Below, piece after piece: positions 50,432 to 60,691 of a stretch of 64,000 nucleotides of DNA. The position numbers were made by a program, and so were the translations under genes. This stretch comes from an uncultured Acidobacteriaceae bacterium (GTDB taxonomy: Bacteria; Acidobacteriota; Terriglobia; Terriglobales; Acidobacteriaceae), in NCBI GenBank assembly GCA_963803615.1, contig CAWDNI010000007.1, positions 23,445 through 87,444 of the forward strand, written 5' to 3'. The notes under the pieces are model-generated. The model was given only the letters and a program-made list of their open reading frames with translations. It was not told the DNA's origin and made no database searches. Positions within the stretch are counted from its first letter, which is position 1, and each line of letters starts with the position of its first letter.

Positions 50432-51310
50432 ATGGATTGGAAATCGCGAGGGGACCGGCCGGTGCTCGCCCAGCCGGAGATTCTGCCGCCGGCAGGGCGA
50501 GACGACCCTCGCAACTATCCCGGAGAGGACCCCAGGCGATTTGACCTGCCTCCGCCTGGTCCCAGCAGACGCCGGAGCGTTGCCCGCTGGGCCACGGCGC
50601 CGGCCACCTATACGTTGGTAGCGATCAACTGCCTGGTCTATCTGGGGATGATCCTTCAGGGCGTCTCCGCCAGGAACCCCACCATTGCCGATCTTCTCCG
50701 CTGGGGCGCAAACTCCGGCCCTTACGTACTCATAGGCCATCAGTGGTGGCGGCTGGTCACCGCCGCATTCGTTCACGCGGGACCCCTGCACATCGCCACC
50801 AATATGTGGTGTCTTTGGAATTTGGGACTGCTTGGCGAGCCTCTCCTTGGGGGTTTTGGAACATTCGCGGTTTATTTGTTGACGGGAGTCGCGGGAAATC
50901 TGCTGAGCGTCGCGGTCAATCCGGGTGTGCCGCACGGGCCGCCCGGAATCGTGGGCGTGGGCGCTTCCGGAGCGGTATTTGGATTGGCCGGCGTGCTGAT
51001 CGTTTTATTGAAGTCGCCATTGTTGCCGGTCCCCCCGGGGGAATTGCGGCAATTGCGGCGCAGCGTGATCTATTTCGCCATCCTGAATTTTGTATTCGGG
51101 GCTTCGAGTCTTTTCTTCTCCAATTTCATTCGCATCGACAATATGGCCCATTTGGGAGGATTTCTCTGCGGCTTGGCGGTAGGCGTGCCGCTGGTTCCCA
51201 GGATCGGCGCGCCCAGAGGCCAATTTCTCTTCCGCCAAAAACTGGCTTACGGCGGTATGCTCCTGCTGCTGCTGGTCTTCGCCTTCGGGGTTGAATCCTT
51301 CTGGCGATAG
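50432..51310 (+). CDS. rhomboid family intramembrane serine protease
   Basis: WWRLVTAAFVHAGPLHIATNM, the catalytic GASGAVFG, and AHLGGF. Confidence 0.9.
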   Translation: MDWKSRGDRPVLAQPEILPPAGRDDPRNYPGEDPRRFDLPPPGPSRRRSVARWATAPATYTLVAINCLVYLGMILQGVSARNPTIADLLRWGANSGPYVLIGHQWWRLVTAAFVHAGPLHIATNMWCLWNLGLLGEPLLGGFGTFAVYLLTGVAGNLLSVAVNPGVPHGPPGIVGVGASGAVFGLAGVLIVLLKSPLLPVPPGELRQLRRSVIYFAILNFVFGASSLFFSNFIRIDNMAHLGGFLCGLAVGVPLVPRIGAPRGQFLFRQKLAYGGMLLLLLVFAFGVESFWR

Positions 51311-51424
51311 AGCATTTTAGCTTTTGGTGTATGCGCGGGAAGCATTGCCCAGATGGCCGTTCCATCGGAGAACGGCCACACACAGTTGCCCTTGCCACAT
51401 CACGGTAAAAGCTAAAATGCTCTA
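51308..51424 (+). repeat. palindromic intergenic element, copy C (subfamily 1)
   Basis: Perfect 18-bp TIR TAGAGCATTTTAGCTTTT / AAAAGCTAAAATGCTCTA. GGTGTA and ACGGTA boxes. Central hairpin GGCCGTTC-CATCGGA-GAACGGCC. Confidence 0.85.
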
Positions 51425-51450
51425 GACAAGGCAGGGGGCTTCCCGCAAAT

Positions 51451-51798
51451 CTACCTGATCGCTGTGGCTGCGAATTTCTTCACCATCGCCAAGAGTAGCT
51501 TGCGGTCGCTGTCATTGAGATTGGAAGAGTAGCGCCGTATCTGCGTCAGGAAGCGTAACTCGTCGTCGGTGAGCTTTTGCGTGTTCATCTCACGGCCTAA
51601 CGAGTCTTCCGCGAAGAATTGGGCTAACGGCATATCCAAGGCGAGGGCAATTTTGGCAAGCGTATCGAGCGATGGAACGGTGTGCCCATTTTCCACTCTC
51701 GACAGGTAGCAGCGCAGCAGGCCGGTGCGCTTCTCAATATCTCCCTGCGACAGGCCCTTTTGCAGACGGTATCCACGAATCGTCGTTCCGATTTTCAT
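51451..51798 (-). CDS. XRE family helix-turn-helix transcriptional regulator
   Basis: IRGYRLQKGLSQGDIEKRTGLLRCYLSRVENGHTVPSLDTLAKIALAL is an HTH_3-type motif. Confidence 0.85.
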   Translation of the reverse strand: MKIGTTIRGYRLQKGLSQGDIEKRTGLLRCYLSRVENGHTVPSLDTLAKIALALDMPLAQFFAEDSLGREMNTQKLTDDELRFLTQIRRYSSNLNDSDRKLLLAMVKKFAATAIR

Positions 51799-52031
51799 AA
51801 GATATGGTTTCGTTCACCGTTTTCATTCAACCAAGAGCAAATTGAACCGTTTCTATTTTTGGTGTTAGCAGCATGGTTAACACGGCGCCCGCGGGACGCG
51901 CAAGAACTATTTTCGATTCTGCGTGAATTTTGCCGGACACAAGTGGGATGCGGCATAACACCGTAAGCGGAAGGCACATCCCGGATCCGGCAATTCTCAT
52001 CGCATCTTGCAGATTTGGAGTCCGGAGGACC

Positions 52032-52916
52032 ATGCTGCGATTCCGCCAAACCAGCCGGACCATGTTTCACAGGTCGAAGGCTCTCGTGGTCACGGTTTTT
52101 GGAGAACTTGGGCGTACCAGAGCCGATATCGCTGCCGCGGCTTTGGCCTATTATTTTCTGCTTTCGCTGGTGGCGCTGCTGGTGATCCTCACCGCGATGC
52201 TTGGATTGTTACCTATTAGCCATCCTTTCCAGCGAATACTCGGCATGATGGGGGTTTTAGTGCCGGCCGAGGAGATGGCTATGGTTCATAGGATAGTAGC
52301 CGGCATATCCACGTCGCATCGCCGCGGGATTCTCTCGTTTGGCCTCATAGGCTATCTTTGGACCGCCAGCACTGGCTTCGGCGCGACCATTGAAGCGCTG
52401 GACATCGCATACGACGTCAAGCGCAGCAGAAGCTGGTGGCGCGACCGTTTGCAGGCGGTGGTGCTGACCGGTACGGCCGGCATATTCATAATGGCTTCTC
52501 TCCTGGCGATGGCCGCGGGCCCGCGCTTCGGCCGGTCCATCGCCGAAATCTTCCACTTGCCCCGTGCCTTCGCCATTGTCTGGCCAACCCTACGTCTATG
52601 CGTAACCTTCGCGGCTTTCGTTCTTGCGGTTGAGACGCTCTATTACCTGGCGCCGAACCGGAAGCAGCAGTTTCGATCCACTTTCCCCGGCGCATTGATT
52701 GCCGTTGCCGGTTGGTCGCTCGGCTCCTTTCTTCTCAATCTTTACCTCTCGCACTTTTCCGATTACAGCAAGACCTACGGCGTTCTCGGTTCTGTCATGG
52801 TGATTATGCTGTGGTTCTATATCGTGGCTCTCGCCATACTGACCGGCGCGGAAAGCAATGCGGAGCTCGGCAAAGCCGTGATCCGATGGCGGGAGGAGGA
52901 CAGAAAACCTCTTTGA
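52032..52916 (+). CDS. YihY/BrkB family membrane protein
   Basis: AAALAYYFLLSLVALL, YGVLGSVMVIMLWFYI and AEL motifs. Start is 52032 or 52062. Confidence 0.8.
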   Translation: MLRFRQTSRTMFHRSKALVVTVFGELGRTRADIAAAALAYYFLLSLVALLVILTAMLGLLPISHPFQRILGMMGVLVPAEEMAMVHRIVAGISTSHRRGILSFGLIGYLWTASTGFGATIEALDIAYDVKRSRSWWRDRLQAVVLTGTAGIFIMASLLAMAAGPRFGRSIAEIFHLPRAFAIVWPTLRLCVTFAAFVLAVETLYYLAPNRKQQFRSTFPGALIAVAGWSLGSFLLNLYLSHFSDYSKTYGVLGSVMVIMLWFYIVALAILTGAESNAELGKAVIRWREEDRKPL

Positions 52917-53067
52917 CCAGATAGACCGCAACTTTACGCCGATTCGGTTCAGCGGCTGCGCCCGTTCTTGACGAGATGCCGAATTATCATTACCTATCGG
53001 CGGCTTGAGGTTTGCGAACCCGCAGACCCGTTCCCGCTGAGTTTCCCGGTTGCCTTGCCGGTCAACT

Positions 53068-54093
53068 TTACATCGTGAGAACAACGCGGAACTGTGCCTT
53101 ACCACTCAGCATGCGAGCGTACGCCTCGGCCGCTTTGTCGAGCGGATAGGTTTCAATCATGGCACGTACGCCGCTGATTTCGCAAAAGTGCAGCGTGTCG
53201 TCGGAATCGGCTGGAGTTCCGGCCGCCCAGCCCTGAATGGATTTGCTTCCAGTGATGAGCTGGACCGAGGCGACCTCAATGGGATCGAATGTTACACCGA
53301 TCACCATGAGCTTGCCGTTTGGCCCCAGGCCGTTAATCAGCTCAGACATCGCTTTCGCGTTTGGGGCTGTGGCTAGAATTACCTTTGCGCCGCCCAGCTT
53401 CTGCAAAGCCTCTGCCGCGTTCGTCTCGTTGGTGTCGATGTACACGCTCGCGCCGAGCTTCTTTGCGAGCACCGCATTTTCGGGGCCGCGCCCGATCGCC
53501 GCGACCTTATAACCAAACTTGTTCGCGAATTGAACTCCGAGGTGACCCAGGCCGCCGATTCCTTGAACTGCAACCAGGTCGCCGGGGAAGGCGCCACTAT
53601 GGCGCAGGGCGTTGTAGGTGGTAATTCCGGCGCAGAGCAGCGGTGCTGCGTCCACGTCGCTGAGACTGTCCGGTATCGGCACCAGCGCTTCGACGGGAGC
53701 CACCATGTATTGCTGATATCCACCGTCATAGCTAATGCCTGGAATTTGCAGATTCTGGCAATTGCGAAAGTCTCCCCGCCGGCACTCGCGGCAAGTGTTG
53801 TCCTGTCCGCCGTGCCAGCCCACACCGACGCGCTGCCCCTTCTTCCACGCGGAAACGCCGGAGCCCACTTCGTCGACGATGCCCGCCACTTCATGTCCTG
53901 GGACGCGGGGATACTGAATTCCGGGCCAGGAGCCGTCCACCGTGAACACGTCGCTGTGGCAAACACCACAGGCCTGCACTTTGATCCGCACCTGTCCCGC
54001 GCCGGGCCTGGGGAGCTCGCGCTCGACCATCTGGAAGCCCGCTCCCGGCTTGGAAATTTGCGCAACTTTCATGGTTGCTACTGCGGTTGCCAT
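53068..54093 (-). CDS. zinc-dependent alcohol dehydrogenase family protein
   Basis: GVCHSD, GHEVAGIV and the GIGGLGHL NAD motif. AGGAGG lies 4 nt before the ATG at 54093. Confidence 0.9.
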   Translation of the reverse strand: MATAVATMKVAQISKPGAGFQMVERELPRPGAGQVRIKVQACGVCHSDVFTVDGSWPGIQYPRVPGHEVAGIVDEVGSGVSAWKKGQRVGVGWHGGQDNTCRECRRGDFRNCQNLQIPGISYDGGYQQYMVAPVEALVPIPDSLSDVDAAPLLCAGITTYNALRHSGAFPGDLVAVQGIGGLGHLGVQFANKFGYKVAAIGRGPENAVLAKKLGASVYIDTNETNAAEALQKLGGAKVILATAPNAKAMSELINGLGPNGKLMVIGVTFDPIEVASVQLITGSKSIQGWAAGTPADSDDTLHFCEISGVRAMIETYPLDKAAEAYARMLSGKAQFRVVLTM

Positions 54094-54146
54094 AAATCCT
54101 CCTGTAGGTTACGGTGAGTACTGAAATGAGCTTGCTTTTGCCGATG

Positions 54147-54635
54147 CTACTCGGCGATTTCGAGGATGACCTCAAGTTCTATTGGCATTCCCAAGGGAAG
54201 GCTGGCAACGCCGATGACCAGCCGAACTCCTGTTCTTTCGACGCCAAAGATATCTTGAAACAGGTCGGAGACAGCGTCTGCGACCCTGGGCTGATCGAAG
54301 AAGTCCCCGGAGGTTGCCATCAACACGCCTAACCGAACAACGCGCGTCACTCTGTCGAGTGAGCCCAAATGCTTCCTGGCCGCAGCGAGGGCGCTCAGAG
54401 CCGCAGTGTACGCCGCATCTCGTCCCGCCTCAGCATTGAGCTCTTTCCCGAGCCGGCCAAGATATTTCGGCTTGTGGTTTACAACCGGAAGCATCCCGCT
54501 CAGGAAGAGCAGGTTGCCAGTCTGCAACGTTTCGACGTAAGAGCCGAACGGCGTCGGAGCGGCTGGGAGATCAATGCCAAGGTCCTGCAATCGGCGTTCC
54601 GCACCAATCGACCGCGACCCTTTACTGCTTACCAT
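54147..54635 (-). CDS. RidA/YjgF family protein
   Basis: LLFLSGMLP and the C-terminal GVASLPLGMPIELEVILEIA are typical of RidA-fold proteins. Confidence 0.8.
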   Translation of the reverse strand: MVSSKGSRSIGAERRLQDLGIDLPAAPTPFGSYVETLQTGNLLFLSGMLPVVNHKPKYLGRLGKELNAEAGRDAAYTAALSALAAARKHLGSLDRVTRVVRLGVLMATSGDFFDQPRVADAVSDLFQDIFGVERTGVRLVIGVASLPLGMPIELEVILEIAE

Positions 54636-55351
54636 TTACCCACATGCGCACCGTCGTCCACGTGCAGCACCTCCCCGGTGACATGACCGGCTTCCGTCAG
54701 GTAAACAACAGCCTCAGCAATGTCCTTCGGGTCTGAGATCGTGCCCATAGGCGTACGGTTCTTCAGGGATTCCTTGGTTGCGTCTTTGTGCAGAGGCGTA
54801 TCGACAACGCCGGGCGCGACCGCGTTGAAGCGAATCTTGTTCTTCGCATATTCGCTCGCGAGGCTCAGGGTAATCGCATTCAGTCCACCTTTGGTGATCA
54901 TCGGAATCGACGCCGGACTGCCCGCGATCGGGTTGTCGGCCAGCGCTGCTGTGATGGTGGTTACGCTGCCGCCGGTGCCCTGCGACAGCATCTGTCTGAC
55001 TGCGAGTTGGGTGATGAAGATGAACCCTTCCAGATTGACGGAGACGAAACGGCGGAACTCGTCGATAGTGTAGTCGGTGAAGGGCTTGACGGAAAAGATG
55101 CCCGCATTATTGACAACATGGTCGATTGAGCCGAACTCGGCGATCGCGGTCTGCGCGACCTTCTCGGCCGTCGCTGCCTGACCAATGTCTCCGTCGACCA
55201 ATGCGAGTGTCGACGACGGCGCGAAGCCCGCCGCGGAAAAGCTGAGCGAGGTTGCAACGACGTTATAGCCGCGGTCCAGAAAGATCTGGACAACGGCTGC
55301 GCCTATGCCTTGCGAGGCGCCGGTTACAATGACCGTCTTTTTGCTTGTCAT
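54629..55351 (-). CDS. SDR family oxidoreductase
   Basis: VTGASQGIGAA, NNAG and YAKNK motifs. Confidence 0.85.
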   Translation of the reverse strand: MTSKKTVIVTGASQGIGAAVVQIFLDRGYNVVATSLSFSAAGFAPSSTLALVDGDIGQAATAEKVAQTAIAEFGSIDHVVNNAGIFSVKPFTDYTIDEFRRFVSVNLEGFIFITQLAVRQMLSQGTGGSVTTITAALADNPIAGSPASIPMITKGGLNAITLSLASEYAKNKIRFNAVAPGVVDTPLHKDATKESLKNRTPMGTISDPKDIAEAVVYLTEAGHVTGEVLHVDDGAHVGKW

Positions 55352-55938
55352 GTTTAGCCCCTGTTGGTTTACCGCAGGGCCTCTGAGAATGCTGCACTAC
55401 ACGGGTTTGGCCCGGTTACCACTACTACAGCGTACGTATGCCCTTACACGTGAACAGATTCCCGTTATACCTGTATGGATACTCTTAGCGATAGATTGTT
55501 TCCTGTGGAAAAGTCCGACTCCCGGCCATTCCCGCCATCTTCGGATGGAGCAACTTGAGCGTCTTGAGCATCGCGGGTCCGATTCGACGAGTACAGTGCC
55601 AGCTCATATTCGAGCGTCTTCAATCCATGAAAGACCCCATGAACTCCTCGCTGAGCTTCAACATCGCCTGCGTGTTGCCGGACACTGGGACGGTATCGCC
55701 GGATTTGGGATAAAGAGCCTGGGTCTCTCCGCCGGCCTCTTCACTGGGATCAGCGTCGGTGATGACGGCAACCGGGGATGCAGATTCTTCCTTTTCCGAA
55801 GAGCGGCAGAAAACGTAAAAGCGCGCAAACTAATGACCCACCGGAGAGTAGACTGCTTCAAATAAGGCTGGGTGGGCTTTCAAGATCCGCGCAGAACTCC
55901 ATAATGGAATTTGAAAAGAGCAGGAAGAAGGAGAGACC

Positions 55939-57549
55939 TTGGCTATTTACGACGTGTGCGTGATCGGATCGGGTCCAGCCGGCGGTACTATGGCCAAGGA
56001 ATTGTGCGAGGGGGGAGCTAAGGTCATCATGCTCGAAGCTGGAAGTGAAGTTAAGCCGAGAAGTTTCCTTTCTCACAAGTGGCCTTACGAACTGCCTTAT
56101 CGAGGATTGCGCAGCGAAAAACAGACCCTGTTCTACCCCGATGATATTGCTCCGGTCCGTTATCAAGATAGCGACCATGTTGCTGTGGACCGCATCCGGG
56201 TCTTAGGCGGGCGCAGCCTGCACTGGAACGCGGTCACGCTTCGTTACGCCCCGAAGGATTTTCAGGAAAGGTCTTTGCAGGGTATCGAGGAGGACTGGCC
56301 GATCGGCTACGCAGAGCTGGCGCCTTACTATGATCGTATCGAGCAGATCATTGGCGTTTGTGGTCAAAATGACCACCTGGAGATTTTACCTGGCGGCGAT
56401 CATTATCTGCCGCCAATCCCCATGCGGTGTAGCGAGCACGCTCTGGCTCGGGCGACACGTTCGATGGGTATTCCGCTCATCCCGGTGCGCAAAGCAGTGC
56501 TGACCAAGCCTTACGATAATCGGCCGCCGTGTCACTACTGTGGTCACTGCATGGATGGCTGTGACGTTGGTTCAATCTTCAGCACGCCGGCTAGCATGCT
56601 TCCAAAAGCGCGGGCGACCGGAAATTTCACGCTCCGGCAAAACGCGATCGCCCGGGAGTTGCGTGTGGATGCCGAAGGGCGTGTGACGGCCGTTTTCTTC
56701 GTGGACCGCCTAACGAAAAAGGAAGAGGAGATTCGCGCGCGTGTTTTCGTAGTCTGTTGCGCAACCGTGGAAAGCGCGCGCTTGCTGCTCAATTCCAAAT
56801 CACCTCGGTATCCTCAGGGGCTGGGGAACTCGAACGGAGTAGTAGGCCGCTACATGAGCGGTCACCATACCGCAAGCGTGAACATGTACCTTGCCGAGCT
56901 GGAAGGTACTCCGCCGATCAATCAAGACGGGGCAACCGACCACGTCTACGTTCCACGCTATAACCAGCTCTCTGGAACACGCAATTATGCTGGTGGATGG
57001 GGAATTCAGGTGAATTTTAATTCGTATATGTTTCCTTACCAGGCTACAGGTCTGAAGGGCTATGGGGCACAGTATAAGAAACAAGTGCGAAAGATGCAGC
57101 CTGGCTTTCTGTATCTTGCCGCTTTCGGAAAGACGGTCGCGAGCTCACGGAACTATGTCAGCGTAGACCCCAGCCACACGGATGAGTACGGGATTCCTGC
57201 TCCGATAGTACATTACCGGTTTGTAGACAACGAATACGCAATGTGGCGGGATATGAAGCAGAGTCTGCTTGAAATCTGCTCACAAATGAAGGGCACGGTA
57301 TTCGCAGGGTTCGGCGACAACCCCTCCGGCTTTGCGAGCCATGAAGTGGGTACAGTTCGAATGGGAAAAGACCCAAAGACTTCTGCTCTGAACAGTTTCT
57401 GTCAATCGCATGAAGTGAAGAATCTGTTCGTTACCGACGGAAGCTGCTTCACAACTTCGAGCGAGAAAAATCCAACTCTGACCATTATGGCGCTGTCTTC
57501 GCGGGCCGCCGACTACATCAGACAACAAAGCAAGTTGGGAGGGCTTTAA
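55939..57549 (+). CDS. GMC family FAD-dependent oxidoreductase
   Basis: TTG start after gaaggagag. DVCVIGSGPAGG FAD motif and C-terminal HEVGTVRMG..N..V.DGS. Confidence 0.85.
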   Translation: MAIYDVCVIGSGPAGGTMAKELCEGGAKVIMLEAGSEVKPRSFLSHKWPYELPYRGLRSEKQTLFYPDDIAPVRYQDSDHVAVDRIRVLGGRSLHWNAVTLRYAPKDFQERSLQGIEEDWPIGYAELAPYYDRIEQIIGVCGQNDHLEILPGGDHYLPPIPMRCSEHALARATRSMGIPLIPVRKAVLTKPYDNRPPCHYCGHCMDGCDVGSIFSTPASMLPKARATGNFTLRQNAIARELRVDAEGRVTAVFFVDRLTKKEEEIRARVFVVCCATVESARLLLNSKSPRYPQGLGNSNGVVGRYMSGHHTASVNMYLAELEGTPPINQDGATDHVYVPRYNQLSGTRNYAGGWGIQVNFNSYMFPYQATGLKGYGAQYKKQVRKMQPGFLYLAAFGKTVASSRNYVSVDPSHTDEYGIPAPIVHYRFVDNEYAMWRDMKQSLLEICSQMKGTVFAGFGDNPSGFASHEVGTVRMGKDPKTSALNSFCQSHEVKNLFVTDGSCFTTSSEKNPTLTIMALSSRAADYIRQQSKLGGL

Positions 57550-57618
57550 TTGAACGCGGAGCAAATAGTTCGACAGCAGGCGCGTACAACGAATGGAAAT
57601 GGCGGTCAGCTTCGGTTC

Positions 57619-57736
57619 TATAGCGTTTTCACAATTACAGTGTCCTGGTGAGAGTTGGCTATGTGCAGGCGTTCTTTGATGGAACGCCTGCGTGGACTGT
57701 TGTTTCTTGGGATACACCGATTGTGAAAACGCTATA
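57619..57736 (-). repeat. palindromic intergenic element, copy D (subfamily 2, inverted relative to B)
   Basis: TIR TATAGCGTTTTCACAAT / ATTGTGAAAACGCTATA. The core is the reverse complement of copy B, with 6 mismatches in ~83 nt by hand alignment. Confidence 0.85.
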
Positions 57737-57782
57737 ACAGCATTTCGCATATTAACCCGGGTGTCAGAGATAGAGGTGGATC

Positions 57783-58301
57783 ATGGAAAGACGCACGGTA
57801 TTGAAGATCGTGATGCTGGGCGGTCTGGTTCCTTCGGCACTTAGCTTGAGTGAAAAGAGATACCCAGCGGAGAGCAGCAGCAACCCGACAAAATATGCGC
57901 TGCAATTCTTTACCGAACAGGAAAGTGAGATGCTCGACCAATTGATGGAGATGATCATCCCCAGTGACGAGCATTCCCCAGGCGCACACGCTGCAGAGGT
58001 GAATCTTTTCGCGGATCTGATGGTAGCGAGCAGCAGCGATAAAGTGAAGCGACAGTGGAGACATGGTCTTCAACTCATTCGGGAAGAGGCCGCTCACGGC
58101 TCTCTCCAAGAGGCTTTGGCCAAAGCAGCTGCACACGAAGACCGTCCGACCAACGAGCTTGAGAGATTTTTTGTCGAGCTCAAAACCATGACGGCGAATG
58201 GATATTATACGTCGTCGATCGGCATACACAGCGACCTGCAATACCAAGGCAATACTTATATCCCATCATTTCCAGGTTGCGGGCACGGAGTGCAAGGGTA
58301 G
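57783..58301 (+). CDS. gluconate 2-dehydrogenase subunit 3 family protein (small subunit partner of the GMC oxidoreductase)
   Basis: Tat-like MERRTVLKIVMLGGL. FF..E...LD.L...IIP.DE.SPGA is the typical pattern of this family. Confidence 0.7.
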   Translation: MERRTVLKIVMLGGLVPSALSLSEKRYPAESSSNPTKYALQFFTEQESEMLDQLMEMIIPSDEHSPGAHAAEVNLFADLMVASSSDKVKRQWRHGLQLIREEAAHGSLQEALAKAAAHEDRPTNELERFFVELKTMTANGYYTSSIGIHSDLQYQGNTYIPSFPGCGHGVQG

Positions 58302-58481
58302 GAAATGTGCCGGACGCCAAGTCTAATTCGGAGCGGAGAGTTAGAAATACGGCATGAAGCTAATAATGTGAGCCACTCAATCAGGTGAGGAGCGAGAAAT
58401 CCAGAGGTGGCCGCCGTAGCCGCCGATATGAGACTTAGTTCCCGGAGAGAAGCCCTACGCCTACTCGGCGAACGCTAAGCC

Positions 58482-58557
58482 GATCCGGGGGAAATATTCC
58501 GATCCGACCCGCCGCATCCACAGTAACGGTGTCTCTGCGACCTGCCGCTAGCAGCTC
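58482..58557 (+). repeat. 76-bp direct repeat, copy R1
   Basis: GATCCGGGGGAAATATTCCGATCCGACCCGCCGCATCCACAGTAACGG... matches 59250-59325 at 68 of 76 positions by hand alignment. Confidence 0.85.
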
Positions 58558-58650
58558 TCAAATTGTCATCGTTATGCGTTACGTGAGTGGCTCCTAGCCC
58601 TGAAGCGGGCTAACCTTGCTGGTCTACACCATCGGCGGTACTCTTGCGTA

Positions 58651-59199
<549 letters not shown>

Positions 59200-59249
59200 C
59201 CATTGGGCTTGTTAGCCCGAGCCGGCCGCATCATGGAGCAACTCGGGCA

Positions 59250-59325
59250 GATCCGGTGGAAATATTCCGATCCGACCCGCCGCATCCGCAGTAACGTTGT
59301 CTCTGCGACACGCCACTAGTTGCTC
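59250..59325 (+). repeat. 76-bp direct repeat, copy R2
   Basis: See R1. Lies 51 nt upstream of the FG-GAP gene start. Confidence 0.85.
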
Positions 59326-59375
59326 GCAAGGATCATCACGTTGATGTAGAAGGCGGCGCGTGGAGAGGAAGGCAG

Positions 59376-60662
59376 ATGAAGCAAGATATGAATCCAACAC
59401 GAAGACGGTTCCTGAAGTCAATTAGCGCGGGTGTTCCTGCAACGGTGCTGAGCCTCGGGTCCACCGGAGCTTCAGGATACGAAGCTGGAGTGCTGCCCCT
59501 TGCGAAAGTTGGATCCGAAGCTCAGCGATACATAGACCTGGGGTACACCTCGGCGGGTGACGGCACAATTCAGTTTCGGAAACACACGCTTGATTTGGGC
59601 CCGGCTGAATCCGTGACTGTTGCTGACATGAATGGTGACGGCAGGCTCGATATCATCTGCGGCGAAAGCTGGTATGAACAAAGCCCTCCCGAAGGAGGCC
59701 GGGGTCCGCGCTTCATCAAACACAAGTTTCGCGATCTGGCTTACACCGACAACTACTTGGAAGACTTAAGTGACTTAGCAATCGATGTTAATGGCGATGG
59801 ATACATGGATATCGTGAGCTGCTCGTATTGGTCGAAGCCGCTCACTTGGTGGGAGAACCCCGGGAAGCGGGGAGGGCCGTGGCGCGAGCATCTTATTGAG
59901 AATCGGTCTCCTGTGGAATTTGTCTTCCTCGTAGACATTCTCAACTCCGGAAAGCCCCTACAACTCTTACCTCAATTTGGCGATCCGAAATTTCCGCTGA
60001 CCTGGTACGAGTTGGCGGGTAAGGGAGCTCAAGATCCGTGGATAAAGCACGAGATCAGTTCTAAGAGTTACGGACACGGAATCGGCGCGGGCGATGTGAA
60101 CGGCGACGGGAGGACAGACATCATTACTCCCAAGGGTTGGTTCGAAGCTCCAACCGACCCGCGCAATGGCAAGTGGACGTTCCATGAGGAGTTCGATCTG
60201 GGAGCAACAGGATTCATCTATGTAACGGATGTGAACAACGATGGGATTCCGGACCTGGTCACCAGTTTCGGACATGACTATGGGATTTTTTGGATGGAGC
60301 AGAAGAAGGACACATCTGGAAACCGTACCTGGGTCAAACATCTCATTGACAATGGCTGGTCCCAGTCACACGCCATGACCCTGGCGGATTTAAACGGCGA
60401 TGGAAGGGCTGAGCTGATTACGGGCAAGCGTTACTACGCGCACGAGCATGATCCCGGCGCTAACGAGACTTTAGGGGTCTATTGGTACGAGGCAATGAAT
60501 CGGGAAGGATCAGAGTGGAGACGACATATCCTTGATTACGGTACGCGAACCGGAGGCGGCATGCAGATTCCTGTAGTCGATATCGATGGCGACGGGCACC
60601 TAGATATCGTTGTCGCAGGTAAGTCGGGTCTGTACCTTTTTCAAAATCTGACGGGAGCGTGA
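59376..60662 (+). CDS. FG-GAP/VCBS repeat protein with Tat-type signal
   Basis: TRRRFLKSISAG signal. Six D.NGDG..D(I/L) calcium-binding-like repeats. Confidence 0.85.
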   Translation: MKQDMNPTRRRFLKSISAGVPATVLSLGSTGASGYEAGVLPLAKVGSEAQRYIDLGYTSAGDGTIQFRKHTLDLGPAESVTVADMNGDGRLDIICGESWYEQSPPEGGRGPRFIKHKFRDLAYTDNYLEDLSDLAIDVNGDGYMDIVSCSYWSKPLTWWENPGKRGGPWREHLIENRSPVEFVFLVDILNSGKPLQLLPQFGDPKFPLTWYELAGKGAQDPWIKHEISSKSYGHGIGAGDVNGDGRTDIITPKGWFEAPTDPRNGKWTFHEEFDLGATGFIYVTDVNNDGIPDLVTSFGHDYGIFWMEQKKDTSGNRTWVKHLIDNGWSQSHAMTLADLNGDGRAELITGKRYYAHEHDPGANETLGVYWYEAMNREGSEWRRHILDYGTRTGGGMQIPVVDIDGDGHLDIVVAGKSGLYLFQNLTGA

Positions 60663-60691
60663 GAAGGCCTGTCTGAGCCGGTCTGGTTAGC

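Noticed and set aside
53379-54117. 228-aa (minus) and 195-aa (plus) ORFs overlapping the alcohol dehydrogenase gene
   Set aside because: They are alternative-frame or antisense shadows of the ADH gene, which has the zinc and NAD motifs and a perfect AGGAGG RBS.
55305-55865. 186-aa ORF on the + strand in the SDR-GMC gap
   Set aside because: It starts inside the SDR gene on the opposite strand. It has no RBS, a His/Arg/Leu-rich composition and no motif. Treated as non-coding.
58369-58593. 10-bp inverted repeat GAGCCACTCA / TGAGTGGCTC flanking repeat R1
   Set aside because: A single 10-bp match about 200 nt apart is within what chance allows in 64 kb. No supporting structure or second copy near R2.
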